From NCBI GenBank assembly GCA_002269645.1, contig NIVC01000067.1:558001-622000 (forward strand): a stretch of 64,000 nucleotides of DNA, written 5' to 3'. Origin of the DNA: Macrostomum lignano (Eukaryota). Positions 25,700 through 39,029 of the stretch are shown in pieces; position 1 is the first letter of the stretch; each line of letters begins with the position of its first letter. Below the pieces are notes generated by a model. The model saw only the letters and a program-made list of their open reading frames with translations, made no database searches and was not told the origin of the DNA. The position numbers were made by a program, and so were the translations under genes.

Positions 25700-27245
25700 A
25701 CTACGGTACTGCTTGGCCAAGCGTCCATCAGCACGGAGTTACACTGGGACATTTGATGAGGGTGAGTTTATGGTCACGGTCGAAGCGCTGCGGCTCCGCT
25801 GTGTGGCCTCCCAGGTCACAGGCGTCATGAACCGCGTGCTCGCCGGCGCTCCTGCGACTACCGAGTGGACCGTCGCGCACATCGTGCCGATCCCGAAGAA
25901 GGCAGGAACAACGGGGAAGGAAGACCACTGCGGGATCTCGCTGATGTCCTGCACCGCGAAGCTCTTCAACCGGCTGCTGCTCGATCGTCTGCAGTCGGTG
26001 CTGGACCCGTACCTGCGGTACGAGCAGAACGGATTCCGGCCACAACGCGGTACAGTGACACAGATCCTCGCACTCCGCCGTGTCATCGAGGAGGCGCGCA
26101 TCTGCCAGTCTACGCTGATCATTGTCTTCGTTGACTTTCGAAAGGCGTTTGACTCGGTGTTGAGAGCCGCGCTTCCCTTCGTCCCTCGAGCCTACCGGGT
26201 ACCCCAGCAGCTAATCGACGCTGTCATGGCGCTGTATTGCGACACTCGAGCTGCTGTGGTGACGGCGGACGGCCTGTCTGACCTGTTCGATACTTCATCA
26301 GGAGTTCTGCAGGGCGACACGCTAGCGCCGTTCCTCTTCGTGCTGCTGCTGGACTGGGTGCTTCGGACCGCACTCCCCTCGGCTAATGACGGCTTCCTGC
26401 TGCGCAGACGCATCGGTCGCCGCCACGGCGAAAAGCGCCTAAGCGTGCTTGGCTACGCCGACGACCTCGCCCTCCTGTCCTCGTCCGTTGAAGGCGCCCA
26501 GCGCCAGACAGGCTGGTCGAGGTGGCATCGAGCGTCGGTCTGATCGTCAACACGCTGAAGACCGAGATGCTGACTGTGCCGGCCGACATCCCAGCGGACC
26601 TGACGTGCCGCGGCGAGACGGGCAGACGACCAGGCTCGCCCGCTGCCAGCGGTTCACCTACCTCGGCGGTCTGGTGCCCCACGTGGAAGAGGACTTGCCT
26701 GGGCGGCATTTCGTTTGATCCGAGCCGTCCTCCAGTCCGAAGCGCTGCCCGACCGCCAGAGGGCTCGGCTGCGGCAGGCGGTGGTCGAAACCGTCCTGCT
26801 ATACAACGCCGAGACGTGGACGCTGACGGCTACGCTAGAGCGGCAGCTGGACTCGGCGCACTCAGGGCTGCTCCGTGCGGCCTTTCGAGCTAAAGAGAGC
26901 GTCCGGACCGAGGCCCTGTACGATCGGGCCAAGCTGCAGCGCCCGTCCACCATCCTGCGCCGGCGGCGACTTCAACTGGCGGGCCACGTGATCCGGGCCG
27001 AGGGCTACTGCCCCCAACCTGTTCAGGACGTCCTGCTGCTCACCTTGCGGAGTCCGTTCAGGCGGGGTCAGGCCCGAACCCGTCGATACGTGGACTGCCT
27101 GCTGTGCGACGCTGGGGCGCCCGACACTGCCAACGGAACTGACTTTGTTCGCTCCCAGGCTCTGCGGCGCGCCATCTGACGCGCCCTGCTCTAACTGTTG
27201 ACTGTGCATGCGGGGTCGCGTATTTTGTTGTTGTTGTTGTTGTTT
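25700..27245 (+). mobile_element. RTE-clade non-LTR retrotransposon, 5'-truncated, frameshifted RT
   Basis: RT motifs IVPIPKK, ISLMSCTAKLFN, QNGFR, FVDFRKAFDSV, GVLQGDTLAPFLF, YADDL; C-terminal LLYNAETWTL and RRRRLQLAGHVIR; frameshifts near 26510 and 26700; (TTG)n tail at ~27224-27245. Confidence 0.92.
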
Positions 27246-28370
27246 TTTATGGTCACACCATGCAGAACCGCCGCGCCAACGAATCTGCTCGGCAAAGCCC
27301 TAGGATCAGCCTGCCTTAACACACGCGGGACAAGTACCCTTCGACGTGGAGGACCCGGGGTCCTGGTGGCGTGGGGGGTAACCTGACGGACTATCTAGAC
27401 TATAGAGTGTCAAATAGGTTTACTCCGATTCGCCGAATTCCCACTTACACCCAGCCCTCAAAGGCAAGCTATTAACCAGCACAGGCTTTGTCAGGACTTT
27501 CATGTGGTATACAGATTGAGCGAATTGTGAGTTCAGTGAATCTGGAGTCAACTAGGCAATACGATCCCATGCAGGATTTCGATTAGGCCTAAACCCCGGG
27601 ATCACAATCTGGGACTCAGTCCCCTATTTGTACATGATAGTTTGTCCTAGTAGGTTGCTAAGTGTGAGGGTTAGAGATTATTCGGGGTTTCGCAAACAGT
27701 CCTCTCTCTCTCGGTTGTCAAGCTGTTTGGGGTTGATCTCGCCTTCTTGGGCCGGTTCAGGTTGGGTAGGAATCTGTAGGTGGGCCTCACGTTTTCTCCC
27801 TCAGGGTGCGCCAGAGTCTGCCGCTTGCCGCGTCGTTCTCTAAGTCAGGCCACTGCTCAGTTTGCTTTTCCCGGCCGGTTTAGTCGCCATTGTTCCTGCG
27901 GCTCTTATACCCGGGTCTCTTATACCCGGGATGACCATCGCGGGATCCCGAAAATATCCAACCCCTGTCCCCAACCCAAGAGCAAATCCCTGCCCCTGTC
28001 CCCTGCAACCACTCCCCAAATCTTTCTTAAATACCAATAGCAAAGTCTCCGGTTCCACCCTAGTCGATCCCCAATCCCTCTTAATTAATACAAATCCCTT
28101 TCCGCGTCATCATTGGCATTGTCTCTGAGGAGAGTCTACAAGCGCGCTCGCCTTGACCCTGAGTGCTGTACCTGTGCTGTGCCGCTATAAGCTGCATTAG
28201 TTGGAGCTCCACTGGCCTTTATTGACTGCATAGGGCTTTGCATGAACACTGCTTTGCAATAAATCAGTCATTAATTCTCAAGTAGCAGTATATCTGCAGC
28301 TGAGCTACTTGTCAGAAAATCATAACCCAGCTGATGTCCTGCTTTGATTTATTCATCTTTTAAGCATGCA

Positions 28371-28953
28371 GCATAGGCGTAGAGACGTTTCAAAAACTGG
28401 GAAGGGGGGAGGTTCAGTGACGGATTTAGGGAGACACAGGGCGAACGCCCCCGTCGAGTAAGATTTTAATATATGGAAAATGCACATAATCATGTACCAA
28501 TTATTTTCAGAACCCATCTTGTCAGCACTCATTTTATAAAGCGCCGCAGGCATTCATTTTAGAGCTGCAGGCACTCATTTTAGAGCTGCAGGCACTCATT
28601 TTAGCGCCGCAGGCACTCATTTCGGCGCCGCAGGCACTCATTTTGGCGCCGCAGGCACTCATTTTAGCGCCGCAGGCACTCATTTTAGCGTCGCAGGCAC
28701 TCATTTTGGCGCCGCAGGCACTCATTTTGGCGCCGCAGGCACTCATTTTGGCGCTACGGGCGCTCATTTTGGCGCTAAGGGCGCTATGTTTTGTCGCCCT
28801 GCAGAAAAAATGCATTCATGCAAAGTAGCAAAAACCAAAAATAAGCAAGAAGTCTACATTTTACATTTAAAATGTGGAGGGGCCAGTCCATTACTGCCCC
28901 CCCACTTTAAAAAGTGGGGAGGCATGGCCCCACTGCCCCCCCCCGTTCCTACG
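28371..28953. mobile_element. MITE with internal 21-bp tandem repeats
   Basis: Ends gcataggcgtagagacg / cgttcctacg; flanked by catgca duplication; the empty site catgcaggctag is present in copy B (~31190); internal ggcactcattttggcgccgca units at 28545-28780. Confidence 0.78.
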
Positions 28954-29305
28954 CATGCAGGCTAGTGAGTAGAAAAGCTAAGGCTGCAAGACGAAACAGA
29001 ACCTGTTGGCAGATTGTAAGAAGATTTTAGGTGTAATAATGTACATGCTGTATGCATATATGGTACTCGCAGACACAGAGTAATGTAGTTATATTATTCT
29101 AAAACCTGTGCAGAGCCTGAAACAATAGAACTAATCCCTCATCGTTTCCGATCACAGCGCTAGCCAGATAGGAATCAAATTATTGTTCATTTCAACTCTC
29201 CCTCTATTTCAAACCCAGCTAAAATCAGGGGTCTCGAGTCTCGACCTATTTGCGTAGATTAAAAGACCTAATTAATTCTCAGCACTGTCAGGACACCCTT
29301 TAGAT

Positions 29306-29955
29306 GGGTCTACGACAATTGGCCGCCACAACTTGACCACCACCGCCTATTGCTCCGAGGCTGCTCCGAATCTGAGATTTCAGCTCGGATTTTAGCTTGC
29401 ATTTATAGGCAAATTTTGCAAAATGTCAATAGTAACATGATTCATCTTTTCATTATAGATAGTAACATCATTATTAGTTTAGGTTTTGCTGCTAGTGTAT
29501 GCGTTACTCTACTTACAGTAGCATTTTATGAATGAATGAACCTCTACAGCAGGAAAAAAGATCCGATGCTCAGAATGGGCAAAAGATTATAATTCTTTTT
29601 AAATTTACGGCACTTCAACATTAAAGCTTTGCAGTCTATTTGTACTATTTGTACAGTCTACAGTATAAGTCTAAGGGATGGTATCTAAGGGATTTTCTAC
29701 CAGAAGATCTTCGAAAAACCCTTCCTGTGAGTATAGATTGTCCGTATGCATTTTTAAAACTATCTGGAAATTTCACTTCCTCCAAAAGTCTCAAATAACG
29801 AAATAACAGCTAGCATATTCACAATTCTAAAGAATTACCACCCTCGCCGCAGAAAATACGGCGATCAAATTGTTGAATTGGTCCCAAATATCCCAGTCGA
29901 ATTGCGGCGGTTAAATTGCGGCGGTCAAATTGTGGGGGTCAATTGTCAATCTCCC
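29306..29955. mobile_element. Non-autonomous TIR element
   Basis: ~30-bp imperfect TIR gacaattggccgccacaacttgacc vs reverse complement gacaattgacccccacaatttgacc, with GGG/CCC ends; absent from copy B. Confidence 0.72.
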
Positions 29956-31119
29956 TCTTTGAACGCCCAACTTAGGGTTGGTGGCAGAACTACTTTAAGA
30001 AGTCCCTGAGTCCCTTAACTCCATGGCCGTAGATGGGATTAGAACAATGGGACCAATTGCTATCGGACCACAACCCCAAGCTACTATACTAATTCTCCAT
30101 CTAGGGCGGGTTTCCCTGGGAGGGCGAGGTCTGATTCCCTTCTACCCGGGTATCAATCAGTACCTCGGACCATAGCTCTGTAAGCTATCATTCCTCCAGG
30201 TTACATCACAATCAAGTGTGATTTTACAATTTTGATGAGCTGTATACTGGCTTGTACAAAAGCACTCTCATTACGCCAGCCCGTACATCGTACTTCAATT
30301 TAGAGCTCACTGTCAGTTAGTTTCTTGTTGGCAAAATATTCTAGTCTGTTCTACTTTTATTATTGAGAGGCCTTTATAATTAGATCAAGTGACTTTGACC
30401 CAAAATTGCACCAAGAATTAAAGGTGATTAGAAACTTTTTCAATCTGGGATCCCGGCCTGGGTTTTTTAAGGTTGGAAATTTTGGGCTCTTGTACATTGG
30501 CACCTTCCAAGAGACAATACATGTATTAGTGCCCAGGATTGCTTTCCAATTTGGGATTTGAGCCCTTGGGGCTCAAAAATCCAGTTGCCAATGGCTATTT
30601 TCGGTTGGCCATTGGCAACTAGCCAAATTCTCAAGGATGGATAATGTTTGAAAAGCAGAAATTTGTTTGTTCTCTCAACTCTAAGATTGCTATCGATGCT
30701 GCAAAGAATAACAAACTAATAATTCCATCATATCAATTCATATGGCACTTTTATTACACTTACAAAATCGTTTTTGAAATTGGCAACTGGCACGGGGAAA
30801 ATGAAGTTGCCAGATTGGTCTCTGATGCCAAAAATCATGTTGCCAATGAGATTTTCAAGGGGCCAAAACACCCCGTATAGCCCAAAAACCCAGATCCCGG
30901 CCCAATTCGCCAGGATCGGGGATTGGCAAAGTCTGGGATATCCCGATCTCGAAAGTCCCGGCATTAGGGAAATCCCAACCCAAATCCCGGGATTTCGATC
31001 ATGCCTGAATCCCGGGATTCTAAATCCCGGGATCACACTTGTCCGGGATTCGAAAATCCCGGGATAGACCATCTGGATCCTGATCCCGGTTTGCAATAAT
31101 TCAATCATTCATTCTCGAG

Positions 31120-32110
31120 TAGTAGCATCTGCAGCTGAGGTACTTGTCAGGTGAAAATTGTCCTGCTTTGATTTATTAATCTTTGAAACATGCAGGCTAG
31201 TGAGAAGGCTAGGGCAGCAGGGATACAAAACTGAAGCTGTTGGCAGATCGTAGGAGATTTCAGGTGTAACAATGTACGTGCAACTGTATGCATAAGGTAC
31301 TCGCAGACTAATGTAGTTATTATTCTAAAACCTGTGCACAGAGTCTAGAGCAATAGAAGCCAATTACTCATTGTTGCCGATCACAGCGCTATAGCTTGCA
31401 AGACGGGAGTCAAATCATTGTTCATTTGAATTAATTCCCTCTATTTCAAACCCAGCTAAAATCAGGGGGTCTCGACCTTGCGCAGATCAGAACCCCCCCT
31501 TATGCGAAAGATCTCATTCTTAGCACTATCGGACACCCTTTCGATGCTCAGCATCGGGTTAGTGGCAGAACTACATGTACTTTAAGCAGTCCCTACCTTC
31601 AAAACTCCTTGGCCGTAGTTGGTATTAGAACAGCTTGGGACCTTGCTATCGGACCACAACCCAAGCTACCAGTTCTCCATCTAGGGCGGGTGCCCCTGGA
31701 GGGGTGATGTCTGATCCCCTAGCCTGTTATCCCAGTACCTCGGGCCATAGCTCTGTAAGCTATCATTCCCCAGGTTACATCACAATCAAGTGTGATTTTC
31801 CTGAGCTGATACTGGCATGTAAAAAAGCACGTCTAATACGCCAGCCCGTACATCACACTCCAATTCAGGGCACACTGTCAGTTTCTATGTTTGCAAAATA
31901 TTTTGTTCTCTTACGAGTATTGTTGAAAGCCCTTTAAAATCAGGTTAGATGGCCTCGTAAACCCAAATTGCACCAACAAAGATTAGAAACTTTTTTTAAT
32001 CACGGGATCACGGGATCCCGGCCCAATTTGTCGGAATCCCGGGATTGGCAAAGTCCTGGATATATCCCGATCTCGAGAATCCCGGCATTGGCCAAACTCG
32101 GGATTTTGTA
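31120..32110. repeat. Copy B (uninterrupted) of the dispersed repeat, plus cccggga-rich tail also seen at 30890-30990
   Basis: Visual alignment to copy A. Confidence 0.8.
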
Positions 32111-32771
32111 TTCCGTAATTTAAGTAAACTTTCGCATTGGCCTCCGTTTAGAAGAAAAAGTCCATTTTAATTTTAAACAATTGCTGAATTGTTAGTACTT
32201 CACTACACGTTAATATTAATTAAACTTTTTATCTTCATATAATTCTCATTAGTCCAAAAAAGGATCGGATGGCTCAAGTCATAGATAAGATCTTTAGAGT
32301 CTAGATAATCATTCAGTTTAGTTCCACTTTCCACAATCAGAGCGAGCGCGTTGGTTTTATTACTCTGTGCCTCCTTAATTCACACAAAAAGTCGTTTAAT
32401 TTGATCTTGGGGTGGGCTTGGGTGGGTGGCTAGGCGTGCGGCGTGGCGCGATCTCTCACGGAAGCCATATCCCCCCCCCCAGTTCCAACCCCAAGTCCCC
32501 AACCCCATTTTAAAGCTAGCTCGTAGGCCCCAGATCAGTTTGATTGGTCGAGCCAGAAGGTCACACAAACTTAGGCACAGCCACAGTTCGGCGGGGGGCT
32601 TTCGACTGTACAGTCTTCAGAGTACATACCGCTAGCCCAAACTACCTCAACCGTTTCTCTACAATAAAAGCGGAGCCTCAGTTCAACATAGCTAAGCGAA
32701 AGAAAAATTCATTTGAGTTTTGCTGGAGTATATTAGAAAGTATAAGCCAATTGATATACCGGTATACTATA

Positions 32772-34376
32772 ATGTCAACCAAAGAATGTGTAAGTACATC
32801 TTATGATTCTGCGCTACACTGTCCTTAGAAATATACTGCAGTGTTAAATTACATGTAATTACAGATTCAGAAGCAGAAGTCGCCGGAATTTACTGCAGCC
32901 AAATATAAAACGGAATGGTGTCGTAACATGAAGGTAAGCTAATAAAGCCAAGGTGATTCAAGTACTATTAAAATTAATTGGAACCCACCAAAAGACAGTG
33001 GAAAACACTAAGAGATAGGGGCGCCCACCAAAAGACAGTGGAACCCATTAAGAGATAGGGCGCCCACCAAGAGAGGGGGCGCTCATCAAGAGACAGGGGG
33101 CGCCCACCAAGAGACAAGGGCGCCCAACAAGAGACACGCGCGCCCACCCACTTAGAGAGGGAGCGCTCATCAAGAGACAGGGGGCGCCCACCAAGAGACA
33201 GGGGGCGCCCACCAAGAGACAGTGGAACCCATTAAGAGATAGGGCGCCCACCAAGAGAGGGGGCGCTCATCAAGAGACAGGGGGCGCCCACCAAGAGACA
33301 GGGGCGCCCAACAAGAGACACGGGCGCCCACCCACTTAGAGAGGGAGCGCTCATCAAGAGACAGGGGGCGCCCACCAAGAGACAGGGGGCGCCCACCAAG
33401 AGACAGTGGAACCCATTAAGAGATAGGGCGCCCACCAAGAGAGGGGGCGCTCATCAAGAGACAGGGGGCGCCCACCAAGAGACAGGGGGCGCCCAACAAG
33501 AGACACGGGCGCCCACCCACTTAGAGAGGGAGCGCTCATCAAGAGACAGGGGGCGCCCACCAAGAGACAGGGGGCGCCACCAAGAGAGGGGGCGCTCATC
33601 AAGAGACAGGGGGCGCCACCAAGAGAGGGGGCGCTCATCAAGAGACAGGGGGCGCCCACCAAGAGACACGGGCGCCCGCCCACTAAGAGAGGGAGCGCTC
33701 GCTCATCAAGAGACAGGGGGCGCCCACCAAGAGACAGGGGGCGCCACCAAGAGAGGGGGCGCTCATCAAGAGACAGGGGGCGCCACCAAGAGAGGGGGCG
33801 CTCATCAAGAGACAGGGGGCGCCCACCAAGAGACACGGGCGCCCGCCCACTAAGAGAGGGAGCGCTCGCTCATCAAGAGACAGGGGGCGCCCACCAAGAG
33901 ACAGGGGGCGCCACCAAGAGAGGGGGCGCTCATCAAGAGACAGGCGCCCACTAAGAGACAGGGGCGCCCACCAAGTGACAGTAATTGTACATTGGCACCT
34001 TCCAAGAGACACCCAATACATGTATTAGTGCCCAAGGATTGCTTTCCAATTCGAATCCTGGATGCTACTGTGGCCTAAGTTCACTGATACATATATTATG
34101 TACATATATGAGCGTACTCTTGTATACTTTTGTATCCACTTAGGTAGAGTGGATATATTCTCATGAAGTAATCTTCACTTGGTTTTCCTTAAACTGGAAC
34201 AATTCCAGGAGCTGGGATTCTGCAGGTATAATTCCTTTTGCCTGTTCGCGCACAGCGCTTCCGAGCTCCGACCCGTGCTGCGGCATCCAAAGCATAAAAC
34301 GGAATTGTGCCGGAACTTTGAAAAAGGATTTTGTATGTTTGGCGTGCGTTGCAGTTTTATTCACAAGAAAATTTAA
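32772..34376 (+). CDS. Minimal TIS11/ZFP36-type tandem CCCH zinc-finger RNA-binding protein, 3 exons, 84 aa
   Basis: Exons 32772-32789, 32865-32933, 34209-34376, all phase 0. KYKTEW-C-x8-C-x5-C-x3-H, 18-aa linker ending RHPKHKTEL, then C-x7-C-x5-C-x3-H. Exon 1 assignment is the weakest part. Confidence 0.85.
33010..33975. repeat. ~21-bp minisatellite with ~184-bp higher-order period in CCCH intron 2
   Basis: caagagacagggggcgcccac units; block restarts at ~33048, 33232, 33416. Confidence 0.92.
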
Positions 34377-36794
34377 TTAGATTTTGGGTACACCCACAGA
34401 ATATACACAGACTGCAGAAAAATGCGTTGCTAAAGCATTAGTTATTAGCCAATAAACTACGGGCCTAGATTTTCCTGTAGGCGGGTTTCTTGTGGTGAGG
34501 TTTAGAAATTTGCACATCACTGATTAAAAATGTAGGCCTGTAAGATCCAGATCCTAAGGCGTAAAATCTATTTAAAAATTTGTAGTAGCTGCTCATGTAT
34601 CAGGACTCCAGGGCTGGAAAAGGCTGCTTTTGGCCCTAGACAGCTAAATGAGTGGGGAATATGATATGTATCCCCCGTTCGGTATGTTGGCTGCTAGCTG
34701 TTTGTCTATGGTTGTTGTCTCGAATTTATCAGCCCGCGGGGCAGCGGGAAATAAATTATTTATTCACCTAGGGAAATAAATGAAAACATGCGTCACATAG
34801 ACACTCGCCCGGGGCAAAAGGGGGATAAATGTAGAAATGAGAACTTTAAATAATTAATTGCATATATATTTCTAGCTCTTAGCACCTAATTTTTTAAATA
34901 TATTTTTAGTCTATGGTCTAAAGCGACTCCCGGCGGAACGCGAAAATCGGCTTTACTTTTTAAAGCTATACGTATGTTGGCATTCTATGTATGCTCAATA
35001 TTCTCTGGGTGGCAATGAAAAATACTACTACTTCTGGAAATCATTCAGCGCAAAAATAGTGTTTAATTCTCAATAGAGCATGGTGTGAGCCTTATATTGC
35101 CCGCTATTCCAAGCAGTTCGTCAAGTTGCGGGCTTTATTTTTCAACCATTTGTCTATGGGATTTATACACATGCTCTATATGAGATAGAGCACGCTATTT
35201 TCCGGGCACTATTTACTTAGCGCCCTCGAGCAAGCGTGCTTTATCTTCTACATAATATGAGCTCGTAGACAGCAGTTGGTTCAGCATTCTGTGTAGAAAT
35301 TCTGTGGGTATAACATACCAAAGTACCATGTTCCAGCCATATACACTGGACCACATTTAAAACGCAACACTAACTATAGAAGAAAAATCAACCCAGAAGA
35401 GCCAAAGCGCATAGTCTATGCTTCAAATCGAGCTTCAGAAACGCGTGTATAGCCTTATAGCTCTCGCAAGAAACATGGCGTTGACTAGACGTTGCATTCC
35501 CGCTTAGCGTTAGCGTTTTTCTCAGTTCAGCAAGCTACTGTCTGCAACGAATTCTGCCGTTGAACACCCGCTTGATAAAGACCTAGGAATGTTCAATTTG
35601 GTTCATATCAGAGGATCTTGAAGGCCACCGAGCATACGCAGCTGATCCTTAAGCTCACTGACTGCTGCTGCTGCTGCTCGGTTCGCCGGTGCCATTATCA
35701 TCCTGCAATATGCAGTTTGCTATACGCAACCGAAGTGGTTGTTGACATAAGGGAGCAGATACTCTTCTCTGTTCACGTTTGCGTTGCGTCTATGAGCTAA
35801 GAATACCAACTGAGTCGACCATCACTGCAAAAAAGACGGAACGGACTTTAGTCTCTTCAAGTCGAATCCGTACTCAACGCTCTCTACTTGCAAGAGGAGG
35901 CTACGCGCATTTCTTGAACCACGCTCGTAGGTTGTTGCGTTTTAAATGTTGCCGAGTGTATGCGCATACTACATGCGTAAATGTACTAAGTTGGCCCATT
36001 GCATTAAGAATCTACAAGTGACAAGTGGCACGTTACAAATATTTCGGTTTCAATGAGGCACTATAAAGCACGGCTGGGAGTGCAGCAACGTTATAGCACG
36101 AGTGTATGGGCCAGGCTCTGGTTACATTGTTTGTCTGTCCATGCATCAACGCCGTGCAGCAATACTATCAATACATTGCAAATATTAATTCATCCATACT
36201 TGATATATTTTACAAGTAGCTCATTTCTGATTTCTACCATTCGCTTTAGTAATACGAACATAGTTACTAAGCATTGTTATTTAACTTTATTTTATACGCG
36301 CATTTGTCTTTTTCGCGTGCTGCTGGGGAAATAATGAAGTCGCGGACATCGATTGTTTTTTTACTTTTTAAAGTATGTTTAAAATCTAAGCAAGCAACTA
36401 ACTCTGAAATAGTTGTATTCATACAGTCGCACAACATTTTTTAGCATTTTTTGTTATAGCTTGACCATTTAAAACTGATTTTTATTTACTTTTTGCTCAA
36501 AGCTTTATAATTGCTCATACTCCAGACTCGAAAGTACATTTGTCACTTCAAATCGACCCCTTCCGCTCATGCCAATGGCATATAAATCATGCTGCCTCTA
36601 ATGCCTTGTCTGTATAAAATACGAGCTAATTAAACTGCACCAAGAGTTAGTTTCAAAAATAAAACTGCACTACTAAATGCAATTTACCTGTGACATCATT
36701 CACTGTGTGTACTGTTATTGCATGCAAATTGAACCAATGCTTGTACTGTCTACGTAAGCTAGATAAACTATCTCTATCTAGGTAAACTTAAAAG

Positions 36795-37030
36795 TGAACT
36801 ACTCATGGGTCGCAGGTGGTAGCGGTGAACTACTCATGGGGTCATGGGGCACAGGTGGTAGCGGTGAATTACTCATGGGGTCATGGGGCACAGGTGGTAG
36901 CGGTGAATTACTCATGGGGTCATGGGGCACAGGTGGTAGCGGGGAACTACTCATGGGGTCATGGGGCACAGGTGGTAGCGGTGAACTACTCATGGTCATG
37001 GGGTCATGGGGCACAGGTATAAGCGGTGAA
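36795..37030. repeat. 39-bp minisatellite
   Basis: gaactactcatggggtcatggggcacaggtggtagcggt x ~6. Confidence 0.92.
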
Positions 37031-37604
37031 TTATGCTCATACTTAGCTACTACTAAGTTTAAGTGTCGCATATTCAGGTAAAACTGAGATAACGGAAGCA
37101 GTTTATAATTAGTTAGTAACAAAAATAGATTCGCCACAAGAAGATGCTCGTTTGGTGCTGAAACAGTGACTTTATTTATCAATCAGAATCAGATGAACTA
37201 AACACAGAGTGCATAGACAGAAACAGCGAATGACAGATGGTACTTCTAGATAGAGCACGATTTCCCACTATAAAATTATAAGCAACGAAAATGTACTGCT
37301 ACTAAAATATTACTAAAATTCATACCAAATTAAAGCAAGCGATACAAAGTTTCGCTTTAAAATGCACACACCAGTCTTAAAAGTGGTTATTCAAGACTTT
37401 TACATGATATAACAGAGATGACGAAATCAAAACAGAAGGCAACGAGTCAATAGCTCAGTTCTCCATAAAAATAGCACAAATTTTAACTGCAGCATCCATG
37501 TTTGTCTATGTTCTAAACTGCAGCAGTGCAAGGTTGTCTACGACCTAAAATGCAGAAGTGCAAGTTTGTGTAATTCTCATGTTTTTCGTTATTCATAGCG
37601 ACTG

Positions 37605-38800
37605 TCTAGGCCATAGATATCCATTTACTGCTGCTGTTAAAGCCATAGACATCCATTTACTGCTACTGTTTAAGCCATAGACATCCATGTACTGCTGCTG
37701 TTTAAGCTATAGACATCCATGTACTGCTGCAGTTAAGGTCATAGACATCCATGTACTGCTGCAGTTAAGGTCATAGACAACCATGTACTGCTGCAGTTTA
37801 AGTCATAGACAACCATGTACTACTGCAGTTTAGGTCATAGACAAGACAACCATGTACTGCTGCAGTTAAGGTCATAGACAAGACAACCATGTACTGCTGC
37901 AGTTAAGGTCATAGACAACCATGTACTGCTGCAGTTTAGGTCATAGACAAGACAACCATGTACTGCTGCAGTTAAGGTCATAGACAACCATGTACTGCTG
38001 CAGTTTAGGTCATAGACAAGACAACCATGTACTGCTGCAGTTTAAGTCATAGACAACCATGTACTACTGCAGTTTAGGTCATAGACAAGACAACCATGTA
38101 CTGCTGCAGTTAAGGTCATAGACAACCATGTACTGCTGCAGTTTAGGTCATAGACAAGACAACCATGTACTGCTGCAGTTAAGGTCATAGACAACCATGT
38201 ACTGCTGCAGTTTAAGTCATAGACAACCATGTACTACTGCAGTTTAGGTCATAGACAAGACAACCATGTACTGCTGCAGTTAAGGTCATAGACAACCATG
38301 TACTGCTGCAGTTAAGGTCATAGACAACCATGTACTACTGCAGTTTAGGTCATAGACAAGACAACCATGTACTGCTGCAGTTAAGGTCATAGACAACCAT
38401 GTACTGCTGCAGTTTAGGTCATAGACAAGACAACCATGTACTGCTGCAGTTAAGGTCATAGACAACCATGTACTGCTGCAGTTTAGGTCATAGACAAGAC
38501 AACCATGTACTGCTGCAGTTAAGGTCATAGACAACCATGTACTGCTGCAGTTAAGGTCATAGACAACCATGTACTACTGCAGTTTAGGTCATAGACAAGA
38601 CAACCATGTACTGCTGCAGTTAAGGTCATAGACAACCATGTACTGCTGCAGTTAAGGTCATAGACAACCATGTACTGCTGCAGTTAAGGTCATAGACAAC
38701 CATGTACTGCTGCAGTTTAGGTCATAGACAAGACAACCATGTACTGCTGCAGTTAAGGTCATAGACAACCATGTACTGCTGCAGTTTAGGTCGTAGACAA
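37605..38800. repeat. 32/37-bp minisatellite
   Basis: agacaaccatgtactgctgcagttaaggtcat, alternating with a +agaca variant. Confidence 0.93.
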
Positions 38801-39029
38801 ACTATGACATAATTTAGCGGAAGGCGAGTCTGCACAGCTGGTAATAATTGCAAAGCAAGAAAGTAACAAAAATTCACACAAAGATGTTTTACTTGGTCGA
38901 TCTATTATACATGCATACAAAATTTTGTTTGTCAAAAAAGCTAAATAAAACTCATTTTAAGTAGCCGTATTATAATCGCTTAAAAGTAAAAAACGACCAA
39001 GTTAAAGGAAGAAACAGCCAGTCAATCGA

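Larger units (their letters stand above)
28280..30470. repeat. Copy A of a dispersed ~0.9-kb repeat, carrying two nested insertions
   Basis: Colinear with 31120-32020 except for inserts at 28371-28953 and ~29306-29955. Confidence 0.8.

Noticed and set aside
27255-27390. Possible HDV-like ribozyme after the RTE tail
   Set aside because: Could not build the P1/P1.1/P2/P3 nested pseudoknot; only a simple hairpin is evident.
35600-35960. Possible minus-strand exons (…APANRAAAAAVSELKDQLRMLGG…) as a continuation of the LOTUS gene
   Set aside because: No phase-consistent link or domain signature; LOTUS exon 2 already has an in-frame stop.
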